Source: Macrostomum lignano
Lineage: Eukaryota
DNA length: 64,000 nt
Direction: 5' to 3'
Assembly (NCBI GenBank): GCA_002269645.1
Contig: NIVC01001694.1
Location: 62,001-126,000 of the forward strand
Under the pieces are notes generated by a model, which was not told where the DNA came from, did not search any database, and saw nothing but the letters and a program-made list of their open reading frames with translations. Positions 1-9,973 of the stretch are shown here, one piece after another. A program made the position numbers and the translations under genes. How positions within the stretch are numbered: the first letter of the stretch is position 1; the number at the start of each line of letters is the position of its first letter.

Positions 1-197
1 TACCTTTATAAACCCGTTTCACGGTTTTTCAGACTCGTACTTATTGATACATGCTCGCAAAGCAAAGAATTCTCTACTTTGCTCCTGCCCTCTATCAGAT
101 GTGATTATTTCGGCAGTGCCTACAGTTTGCTCAGTGCCGTACGCAGCAGTTCAATTTGATGAGGCCGCCAACCAAAGGACCATGCAAGTTTTTTGGG

Positions 198-1749
198 CGC
201 CCATGTCTCTTGGTGGGCGTCCCTGTCTCTTGGTGGGCATCCCTGTCTCTTGGTGGGCGTCCCTGTCTCTTGGTTGGCGCCCCTGTCTCTTGGTGGGCGT
301 CCCTGTCTCTTGGTGGGCGTCCCTGTCTCTTGGTGGGCGCCCCTGTCTCTTGGTGGGCGTCCCTGTCTCATGGTTGGCGCCCCTGTCTCTTGGTTGGCGC
401 CCCTGTCTCTTGGCGGGTGCCCCTGTCTCTTGGTGGGCGTCCCTGTCTCTTGGTGGGCGCCCCTGTCTCTTGGTGGGCGCCCCTGTCTCTTGGTGGGCGT
501 CCCTGTCTCTTGGCGGGTGCTCCTGTCTCTTGGTGGGCGTCCGTGTCTCTTGGTGGGCGTCCCTGTCTCTTGGTGGGCGTCCCTGTCTCTTGGTGGGCGT
601 CCTTGTCTCTTGGTGGGCGTCCCTGTCTCTTGGTGGGCGCCCCTGTCTCTTGGTGGGCGTCCCTGTCTCTTGGTGGGCGCCCCTGTCTCTTGGTGGGCGT
701 CCCTGTCTCTTGGTGGGCGTCCCTGTCTCTTGGTGGGCGCCCCTGTCTCTTGGTGGGCGCCCCTGTCTCTTGGTGGGCGTCCCTGTCTCTTGGCGGGTGC
801 CCCTGTCTCTTGGTGGGCGTCCGTGTCTCTTGGTGGGCGTCCCTGTCTCTTGGTGGGCGTCCCTGTCTCTTGGTGGGCGTCCTTGTCTCTTGGTGGGCGT
901 CCCTGTCTCTTGGTGGGCGCCCCTGTCTCTTGGTGGGCGTCCCTGTCTCTTGGTGGGCGCCCCTGTCTCTTGGTGGGCGTCCCTGTCTCTTGGTGGGCGT
1001 CCCTGTCTCTTGGTTGGCGCCCCGGTCTCTTGGTGGGCGTCCCTGTCTCTTGGTGGGCGCCCCTGTCTCTTGGTGGGCGTCCCTGTCTCTTGGTGGGCGT
1101 CCCTGTCTCTTGGCGGGTGCCCCTGTCTTTTGGTGGGCGTCCCTATCTCTTGGTGGGCGCCCCTGTCTCTTGGTGGGCGCCCCTGTCTCTTGGTGGGCGT
1201 CCCTGTCTCTTGGCGGGTGCCCCTGTCTCTTGGTGGGCGTCCGTGTCTCTTGGTGGGCGTCCCTGTCTCTTGGTGGGCGTCCCTGTCTCTTGGTGGGCGT
1301 CCTTGTCTCTTGGTGGGCGTCCCTGTCTCTTGGTGGGCGCCCCTGTCGCTTGGTGGGCGTCCTTGTCTCTTGGTGGGCGTCCCTGTCTCTTGGTGGGCGC
1401 CCCTGTCGCTTGGTGGGCGTCCCTGTCTCTTGGTGGGCGCCCCTGTCTCTTGGTGGGCGTCCCTGTCTCTTGGTGGGCGTCCCTGTCTCTTGGTTGGCGC
1501 CCCGGTCTCTTGGTGGGCGTCCCTGTCTCTTGGTGGGCGCCCCTGTCTCTTGGTGGGCGTCCCTGTCTCTTGGTGGGCGTCCCTGTCTCTTGGCGGGTGC
1601 CCCTGTCTCTTGGTGGGCGCCCCTGTCTCTTGGTGGGCGTCCCTGTCTCTTGGTGGGCGTCCGTGTCTCTTGGTGGGCGTCCCTGTCTCTTGGTGGGCGT
1701 CCCTGTCTCATGGTTGGCGCCCCTGTCTCATGGTTGGCGCCCCTGTCTC
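198..1749 (+). repeat. 20-bp GC-rich minisatellite, tract 1 (consensus CCCTGTCTCTTGGTGGGCGY), ~77 copies
   Basis: Direct reading: 20-bp period with recurring variants (tggcgggtgc, ccgtgtctct, ccttgtctct, cccggtctct). Long ORFs here are by-products of the repeat. Confidence 0.97.
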
Positions 1750-1757
1750 CTGCACGC

Positions 1758-3260
1758 GAAGGCGTATTCAGCATGCCAGTAAGTATGAGACAGACTAGGC
1801 CCATGGGCTAAGGTCTGCGATGCTTTATGCCTGCGCCTTTTTTCAGCAGGTCAAGGCTGGTGGGAGGTCTGCACCCTCTATTTGCCTCTGGCAGCCGCAG
1901 ACCCCCCCCACGCTGTCTCGCAAGCCGACCCAGGGTACTCGTCTCCACGTGTGTTCAAGGCAGACCCTAGGGCTGCCGGACTGACTGGGCTCCGGCGCTG
2001 GGGACCCATCCAGTGACTTCTGCCGAACTTGGGTATGCGGGTCTGGCTTGCCAGTCCGCAGGCCGTGGTACTGCTCAACGTACCCTCTAATGCCTAAGGT
2101 GTTTGACCGTGCTGATGGGCTGGAAGGCCGGGGAGTAGTCCGGTCGCAAGCGGTCCCCTCCTGGTGTCGGGCCAGCCTTGAGGGTTCTTTTGGCCTACTG
2201 CCCGGTCAGGTGGAGCGGCCGGGTGGGTACCGCGCCCCTTCGAGGTAGCCCACCAACCTTTATCATGGCCTTCGAGCCGACTATGGATAAAAGCCCTATT
2301 TCTAGGGACGGGGACCCTTCTAAACCCCAACCTCAGTCCGAAGGACCGGCCGGCCCTGCTGGCAGAACCCAACCGACTGATTCATCTGTGGCAAAGGAAG
2401 TCGGATCTGCTGGCAGATCCGACCAGAGCTACCAAACTCAAAGTACCCAAAGACCTTCCAGCTCTGCTGGTGGATCTAAGGGAACCGCGAGCTCTGAGCC
2501 TAAAGGACCGGCCAAATCTGGCAGAACCGACGAAGCTCAGCGGGCTCGGCTTGAGCGCAAACGCGCTAAGCAACGCGCCAAAAGGCAGGCCAAGAAGGGA
2601 GCTGCGGTGGCCAAAGCGGCGGCGTCCACCATGGATGCTGAAGCGACTGGCGTCCCAAAGCAACCAGACGGGCCGGCCGGTGGAAGCTCCGGTAGTTCAG
2701 CGGCGGCGCTCCCTGGAGATGCTGCTACGGCTGAGGCTGAGCTGAGGCCGAAACCACGGCGCAACATATGGCCACTGCCAACAAGAAGTTTCTTTCGGGA
2801 GCTACCTTTTAGGCGAAGGCCAAGGCCAAAATCCCGGGAGTGATCATTCAAGGTCGCGACCAGGACGGGACCACTGGTCAGCTTCAAAAAGTGGAGTGCT
2901 GCTCACTCCTGTCTGATTGAGCTGACTGTCGAGGAGGGAAGCTGCGAAGCACATTCGTTCTTATTGCTCCCAGCAGTGAGGAGGACGCTCAGCAGCTACT
3001 CCAGCGACTGCCGACGGTCTCCTTGGATGCTGACCTTGGCAGAGCTCTTTTTCTTCGCGAAGGCCAGCGTCCAAAGACAATACCCTATGTGATTTTTGTC
3101 CCTGCTAAGAGCACCGCAGCTGGACCCGACGTTATCCGCCGGGTCCTACTGCGTCTGAACCCCGACCTCCCTGCTAGTGGACTGGTGTACCACCGCAAAG
3201 TCCGCAGGGGGGAGACGGGCAACTCAATTGTCCTCGGCCTTTCCAACGCTTGGGCGAGTC
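1758..3260 (+). mobile_element. 5' part (5'UTR plus degraded ORF1) of an older non-LTR retrotransposon copy (A), continuing as copy C after the nested insertion
   Basis: Reverse-complement homologue of 7620-9155. Begins gaaggcgtattcagcatgccag like copy B. ORF1 ATG at 2265 (MAFEPTMDK), with a frameshift near 2750 and small deletions near 2890-2940. Confidence 0.92.
2971..3260 (+). repeat. Left copy of 290-bp direct duplication (putative target-site duplication)
   Basis: Reads identical to 9155-9444. Both copies differ at many sites from the equivalent ORF1 region of copy B. Confidence 0.9.
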
Positions 3261-3357
3261 TTGACTTACTTGACTTAGCTGCAGGGCTGTCCCGGAGGGG
3301 ACACAGCGGGAAGGCGCGGGCGCCCATTCCGCTAGTCCCTGAACGGCCGACGCGTCG

Positions 3358-6300
3358 CTATGGACGGAGGGTTGGCGCCGCCCAGGGAGGTCCCCCAGTG
3401 TCGCCAGCAGCTATGGTGCTCTCTGGAAAGGAGAGTTCAGCCCTGCGGGTGGCCCGAAGGTAGCGCATGAGCTGATTAAAGTTTTCGGGTTTGCACGCTT
3501 CAGTAATAGATGTGTGTGGCCCGAGGTAAGTGAGTCTGGCCCGCGTGAAGGCGGGACAGATGCTGACGAAATGCTCAGCGGTTTCGTCACCTGAGTTGCA
3601 GAAACTACAGGTGGCGTTGGTGGCGTTGCCCTGCAGGTACTGGTGCCTGGAGAAGCAGCCGTGACCAGAGAGGGTCATGGTGGCAGCCCGGATGTCTCTG
3701 CGCGAGAGGCGCAAGAGGAGCTTCCGGAGCTGGTGAGAGGGCTGAGGGACAGCGCCTCTGGATTGCCTGCAGTTCGTGCGGTTCGCCCAAGTCGAGCGGT
3801 GCTGAGTCCTGATCCACGCTTTGATGCGCGAGTCGATGACACAGCCAGGGATCGGGACAAGAGGTTCGGGGCCGAGAGAGGAGCCGGAGGCACCAACTTT
3901 TGCAAGGGTGTCAGCCAACTCATTTCCTCGGATCCCCACATGCCCCGGAACCCACTTAAGGGTAATTTTGTTGGCGGAACCCAACACATTGAGGAGTTTG
4001 ATACAGTCAAGGACTGTAGCAGAGTTGGTGCTGCAGCCACTGATGGCGTGCAAGGCAGCTTGGCTGTCCGAATGGAAAATGATGTTCTTACCAGTAACGC
4101 CAGTGGCGAGAAGCTCTGCAGTGCAGGAGCTGATGGCCAGAACTTCATTTTGGAAAACACTGGAGTTGACCCCAGTGTATTGAGCGTGGGTAGCGATGAC
4201 CCTCCCGTTCAGAAAGATTCCAACACCAAAGCCGGTGTTGGCTGACTGCTTAGAACCGTCGGTGTAGCAATGAAGCTCACCAGGGTTCCAATGGTCATTG
4301 ATGTTATCGCGCGAGTCGATAGCTACGGAATAGCGCTGTCTCAGGTTGAGCGTTGAGGCAATGCCATCGGTGAAGACGCGATTGGCCTGACACTCGTTGA
4401 GAAAGTTGAGGCACAGATCGCTATGCGGGACAAGGTTCCGCTTAGCAGGTGCTCTCATGTAAATGAATTTGACGCCGGCATCAATTAGACGCCGCGTCGT
4501 TCTAGCCGCCTCACCCCTGATGAAGAGGTCAAGAGGCGGAAGATTAAGAAAGGCCCCCATGCCAGCAAAGGGCGTGGACCTGGTGGCGTTGCAGATGAGC
4601 CTACACGCTCTGCCTTGGATCGTGTTGAGCAGGTCTGCATGGCTTTTGACCTGGGTAGCGCTAACCCAGACAACAGAGGCGTACGTAATGGCAGGTCTAA
4701 CTACGGAAGTATAGATCCACCAAAGCCGCTTTGGGGATAGACCCCAAGAAGTGCCAAGTGCTCGTCGGAGCTGGGCCAGGATGGCTGAGGCACGCTTAGC
4801 TTTTGCTTTCACGTGGAAGGACCAGTTGAGCCGGTGGTCAAGTGTGACCCCGAGACATCTGGTCTGGTGCGCGAAGGCAATATCTCTGCCGTAGAGCTGC
4901 AGAGGACGTATGTTCCAGCGTAGTCTGCTGGTAAACATAATGGCAACGGTTTTGGGCTCAGAGAGTTCCAAACCATTGTCATTGGCCCAGGATTCTGCTT
5001 TGCGGATAAAGCTCTGCATCAGATCCCTGAGCGTGCTGGGAGACGGTCCTGCCACAATGGCCGTGACGTCATCAGCATACCCGACTTTGAAGACGGGGTC
5101 AGGTCGGGAGTCACTCAGAAGAGCGTCCATGACCAGGTTCCAGAGCGTCGGGGTGAGGACTCCGCCTTGGGGTCCACCCTTACAGACTCTGGTGGAGGCA
5201 GTTTGCCCAAGAAGTTGGGCAGTGTCCGTACGGTTGGAGATCATGTACATGATCCACCGTATGAGGGTAGCATGAGCTTTGCGATTTTGAAGGGCCCTCT
5301 GAAACGCTTCAAAGATAACGTTGTCGAAGGCGCCAACAATGTCAAGAAAGAGAGCCAGGGCGTAACCGTCACCCAGTACCGCCCGTTCAATCTTCTCGAC
5401 AATCGCATGCAGGGCGCTGTCAGTCGACCTCCCGGTACGGAAGGCGTGCTGATTATTGCTGAGGGGCATCGCTGTCAGCTCGCAGGAGAGCAGCCGCCAG
5501 AGAATAAGCCTCTCAGTGAGCTTAAGCATTGCTGACGTTAAGCTAATTGGCCGGAAGGCCTTGACGCTTTGGTAGTCACCCTTCCCAGGTTTGGGAATAA
5601 AGACTACTCGAGCTTCAGTCCAGCTTTTGGGAACGTATCCCAGCTGGATAGAGGCCCGCATAAGATTGCGGGTGAGTCTCAGGAACGAGGGTATCTTGGC
5701 TGCTTCACGAAGGAGAACAGGGTAGATACCATCAGGTCCAGGAGATTTGAAGGGTTTGAAGGTTCTGACCGCACGAGCGATTAGGTCTTCAGTGACAATG
5801 CCCGCCGCTAGGGTGGCTCCATCCATCGAATGGTTGGGCTCCGGTCTAGCAGTAGGTACCCTCGGGAAGAATGTGCTAAGCATATGCTGAAGCACTTCTT
5901 CAGGGTCTTTAGTAAGAGAGCCATCATCTTTTTTTATCATGGCTAATTTGGACATTTTGTCCATTGTAAGGGCCTTGACAAGCCTAGAAGTAGGTCTGTC
6001 TTGATCCAATTCATTGCAGAATTGGCGCCACTTACATTCCTTGGCCTTGCGCACTTCAGATTTGAAATTGCGGGAGGCTTGCCGGAAAAGCTCCATGTCC
6101 TCCGGGTTTCCGGTCTTCATGGCACGGCGATGAAGGCTTTTGGCCTTCCGCCTGAGTTTCCCCAGCTCCGGGTTCCACCACGGCGCCGAGGTCTTGCCTC
6201 TGTAGGCGCGAGCAGGACAAGCCGCTTCGTAGGCTGCAATAATGCAACCTGTCAGCGTCTCAGCCATATGATCCACATCCTCGCAGGTCTCAATCGGACG

Positions 6301-7097
6301 TAAGTCCGTGAGTTCCTGCAGGTGCAGATCAAGGGCAGCCTTGTAGGCCGCCCAATCAGTGTTGCGGATATTGCGTCTCCAAGTGATCGGAGACTGGGTT
6401 TTAGTGTCCGCGATATTAAAGGCGATAAAGCAGTGGTCAGACAGGGAGGGCTCCTCAGACCAGACTCTCCACTCCTTGACTCTGTCAAAGAGTCTTGGGG
6501 TAACGAGTGTGGCGTCGAGGACCTCGGTCCATCTGCCATTATTAAAGGTAGGAGTGCTGCCGCGGTTGCAGAGCATGAGGTTTGTGTTAGAGATGAGGGC
6601 CAGAAGCTCCTCTCCTCTAGTGTTGGTATCTTTGCTGCCCCAGTGCTTGTGGTGCGCGTTGAGGTCGCCCCCTAAGCACAGCTCAGCGTTCTGGGACTCG
6701 CAGTACTGCGCAAGGCGCAGTAAACTCTCGGGAGCAGGGTCTCTGTCGCCTGGGATATAAACCGAGGCAACAAGACACGTACGCGGAGAGAAATGATTAG
6801 ATTGGATGACGCAAAGGTCTCCATCAGAGAGATCAGTCCTCAGCCAAGCCTGGAGATGGCTAGCAGCGAGGATAGCCGCTCTAGGGCGGCTGTTCCCGGG
6901 CCACACACATAAAAATCAGAGTAGCCAGAGGGAATGTTGGGCAACTTACCGTTGCGCATCCAGGGTTCCTGGATCAGGATGAGGCCTGGCCTGTACAGCT
7001 CAGCAATCTTCATCAGATTTACTGACGCAGATACGCAATGCTGTAAATTTATTTGCAGACAGAATGTCGCTCCTTTGGCAGCGTGGAGCTTAGTCAT
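3358..7097 (-). CDS. ORF2 of copy B (~1246 aa if the single -1 frameshift near 6898 is corrected): endonuclease, reverse transcriptase, RNase H, C-terminal CCHC
   Basis: APE motifs QEP, GDLNAH, SDH. RT motifs PQGGVLTP and YADD. RNase H motifs YTDGSK, SDSQAAL, WVPGHVGIRGNELAD. CSFC-x7-H-x4-C finger. Copy B has cccggg where copy C has cccgggg, which splits ORFs 6840..7097 and 3358..6906. Confidence 0.93.
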
Positions 7098-7120
7098 ACT
7101 GTATTAAATGCAATATCTGG

Positions 7121-8641
7121 CTAGAGCCCAGGGCCATCAAGGAGACTTGGACAACAGATCGTCCTCGTCCCAGGCCGCTGGGGCTTGACTGGGAGATGGG
7201 AGTTGGTCGACGTCCATGGCCTCCTCACCCCCACCGGCCCCCCAGCAGAGTCCTCAGGCTCCGATGACAGGATGGAGGAAGCTTCCTCACCTGCATCTTT
7301 ACCTTCAGACCCCACCAAGGTGGCCGAGGAGAGCTCGGATTCCGAAGACCCGGCCTCGTCCTCAACTCCTTCTCCGACTGGCAGGTTTGGTTCCCGGGGC
7401 TCGGCCGGAGCCGTTACCGCGGTCGCCGAACTGCTGCTAGCAGAGGGGCGAGATGCAGCTTTGGCTTTGGGATCGGCTTGCGCCTTTCCTTGGGCCTTAG
7501 ACTGCGCCCCGCTCTTGCCGGAGATGCCGGGGTTGGCAGTAGCCTTCCCTTTGGCAGACTTTCCTCGGCGCAACTTGAGCTTGAGGGCACCCAGCTGGAA
7601 AGAGGATCCATTAGGGTACCGACTCGCCCAAGTGCTGGAAAGGCCGAGGACAATTGAGTTGCCCGTCTCCCCCCTGCGGACTTTGCGGTGATACACCAGT
7701 CCACTAGCAGGGAGGTCGGGGTTCAGACGCAGTAGGACCCGGCGAATAACGTCTGGTCCAGCTGCGGTGCTCTTAGCAGGGACGAAAACCACATAGGGTA
7801 TCGTCTTTGGACGCTGGCCCTCGCGAAGAAAAAGAGCTCCACCAAGGTCAGCATCCAAGGAGACCGTCGGTAGCCGCTGGAGCAGCCGCCGAGCGTCCTC
7901 CTCGCTGCTAGGAGCAATAAGAACGAATGTGCTTCGCAGCACCATCCGCTCAACGCCGATGGAGATTCCCTCCTCGACAGTCAGCTCAATCAGATAGGAG
8001 TCAACAGCACTCCACACTTTTTGAAGCTGATCAGTGGTCCAGTCCTGGTCGCGACCTTGGATGATCACTCCCGGGATTTTGGCCTTGGCCTTCGCCGCAA
8101 AGGTAGCTCCCGAAGGAACCTCCTTGTTGGCAGTGGCCATTTGTTGCGCCGTGGTTTCGGCCTCAGCAGCCGCGGCAGCAGCTCCAGGGAGCGCCGCCGC
8201 TGAACTACTGGAGCTTCCACCGGCCGGCCCGCCTGGTTGCCTTGGGACTCCAGTCGCTTCAGCATCCATGGTGGACGCCGCCGCTTTGGCCCCCGCAGCT
8301 CCCTTCTTGGCCTGCCTTTTGGCGCGTTGTTTAGCGCGTTTGCGCTCAAGCCGAGCCCGCTGAGCTTCATCGGATCTGCCAGATTTGGCCGGTCCTTTAG
8401 GCTCAGAGCTCGCGGTTCCCTTAGATCCACCAGCGGAGCTGGCAGGTCTTAGGGTATTTTGAGTTTGGTAGCTCTGGTCGGATCTGCCAGCAGAGCCAGC
8501 CGGTCCTTCCTTTGCCACAGTTGAATCAGTCGGTTGGGATCTGCCAGCAGGGCCGGCCGGTCCTTCGGACTGAGGTTGGGGTTTAGAAGGGTCCCCGTCC
8601 CTAGAAATAGCTTGTTTATCCATAGTCGGCTCGAAGGCCAT
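7121..8641 (-). CDS. ORF1 (gag-like) of copy B, ~506 aa from ATG 8641; central region resembles DUF4780-type ORF1s; no zinc knuckle
   Basis: Open frame upstream of ORF2, with a basic tract (RARLERKRAKQRAKRQAKK) and a globular core (..LRLNPDLP..SFQLGALKL). The true C-terminus is probably ..EEAMDVDQLPSPSQAP(A/T)AWDEDDLLSKSP (stop 7137-7139) after a homopolymer frameshift near 7240, by comparison with copy C. The DUF4780 likeness is from memory, not a search. Confidence 0.85.
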   Translation of the reverse strand: MAFEPTMDKQAISRDGDPSKPQPQSEGPAGPAGRSQPTDSTVAKEGPAGSAGRSDQSYQTQNTLRPASSAGGSKGTASSEPKGPAKSGRSDEAQRARLERKRAKQRAKRQAKKGAAGAKAAASTMDAEATGVPRQPGGPAGGSSSSSAAALPGAAAAAAEAETTAQQMATANKEVPSGATFAAKAKAKIPGVIIQGRDQDWTTDQLQKVWSAVDSYLIELTVEEGISIGVERMVLRSTFVLIAPSSEEDARRLLQRLPTVSLDADLGGALFLREGQRPKTIPYVVFVPAKSTAAGPDVIRRVLLRLNPDLPASGLVYHRKVRRGETGNSIVLGLSSTWASRYPNGSSFQLGALKLKLRRGKSAKGKATANPGISGKSGAQSKAQGKAQADPKAKAASRPSASSSSATAVTAPAEPREPNLPVGEGVEDEAGSSESELSSATLVGSEGKDAGEEASSILSSEPEDSAGGPVGVRRPWTSTNSHLPVKPQRPGTRTICCPSLLDGPGL

Positions 8642-9154
8642 GATAAAAGGTTGGTGGGCTACCCTCAAAGGGGCGCGGTACCCACCCGGCCGCTCCACCT
8701 GACCGGGCAGTAGGCCAATAGCACCCTCAAGGCTGGCCCGACACCAGGAGGGGGACCGCTTGCGACCGGACTACTCCCCGGCCTTCCAGCCCATCGGCAC
8801 GGTCAACACCTTAGGCATTAGAGAGTACGTTGAGCAGTACCACGGCCTGCAGGTTGGCGAGCCAGACCCGCATACCCAAATTCGGCCGAAGCCACTGGAT
8901 AGGGTCGCCAGCGCCGGAGCCCAGTCTGTCCAGCAGCCCTAGGGACTGCCTTGAACACACGCGGGGACGAGTACCCTGGGTCGACTTGCGAGACAGCGTG
9001 GGGGGGGGGGTCTGCGGCTGCCAGAGGCAAATAGAAGGTGCAGACCTCCCACCAGCCTTGACCTGCTGAAGATAGGGGCAGGCGTGAAGCATCGCAGACC
9101 TTAGCCCATGGGCCTAGTCTGTCTCATACTTCACTGGCATGCTGAATACGCCTT

Positions 9155-9444
9155 CAGCAGTGAGGAGGACGCTCAGCAGCTACTCCAGCGACTGCCGACG
9201 GTCTCCTTGGATGCTGACCTTGGCAGAGCTCTTTTTCTTCGCGAAGGCCAGCGTCCAAAGACAATACCCTATGTGATTTTTGTCCCTGCTAAGAGCACCG
9301 CAGCTGGACCCGACGTTATCCGCCGGGTCCTACTGCGTCTGAACCCCGACCTCCCTGCTAGTGGACTGGTGTACCACCGCAAAGTCCGCAGGGGGGAGAC
9401 GGGCAACTCAATTGTCCTCGGCCTTTCCAACGCTTGGGCGAGTC
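9155..9444 (+). repeat. Right copy of 290-bp direct duplication
   Basis: Reads identical to 2971-3260 and directly abuts the 5' end of copy B. Confidence 0.9.
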
Positions 9445-9973
9445 AGTACCCTAATGGATCCTCTTTCCAGCTGGGTGCCCTCAAGCTCAAGATGCGCCGA
9501 GGAAAGTCTGCCAAAGGAAAGGCTTCTGCCAACCCCGGCATCTCCGGCAAGAGCGGGGCGCAGTCTAAGGCCCAAGGAAAAGCGCAAGCCAATCCCAAAG
9601 CCGAAGCTTCATCTCGCCCCTCTGCTAGCAGCAGTTCGGCGACCGCGGTAACGGCTCCGGCCAAGCCCCGGGAACCGAACCTGCCAGTCAAAGAAGGAGT
9701 TGAGGACGAGGCCGGGTCATCGGAATCCGAGCTCTCCTCGGCCACCCTGTTGGGGTCTGAAGGCGAAGATGCAGATGAGGAAGCTTCCTCCATCCTGTCA
9801 TCGGAGCCTGAGGACTCTGCTGGGGGGGGGGGCTGGTGAGGGTGAGGAGGCCATGGACGTCGACCAACTCCCATCTCCCAGTCAAGCCCCAACGGCCTGG
9901 GACGAGGACGATTTGCTGTCCAAGTCTCCTTGATGGCCCGGGGCTCTAGCCAGACAATTGCATTTAATACAGT

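Larger units (their letters stand above)
3261..9155 (-). mobile_element. Full-length (~5.9 kb) non-LTR retrotransposon copy B; ORF1 plus APE-RT-RNaseH-CCHC ORF2; R1/LOA-like
   Basis: Two ORFs, ~0.5-kb 5'UTR, ~100-bp 3'UTR ending in (TAAGTCAAG)2. Domain order and RT sequence (KSPGPDGIYP..GYVPKSW..VVFIPKPGK..FRPISLTS) resemble LOA-clade elements. The clade assignment is inference. Confidence 0.95.

Noticed and set aside
44-1811. Long ORFs on both strands (SLGGRPCLLVG.. / RQGRPPRDR..), likewise at 22325-23023 and 51816-53549
   Set aside because: The 20-bp unit has no stop codon in most frames. The ORFs are open in several frames at once and show no domain content.
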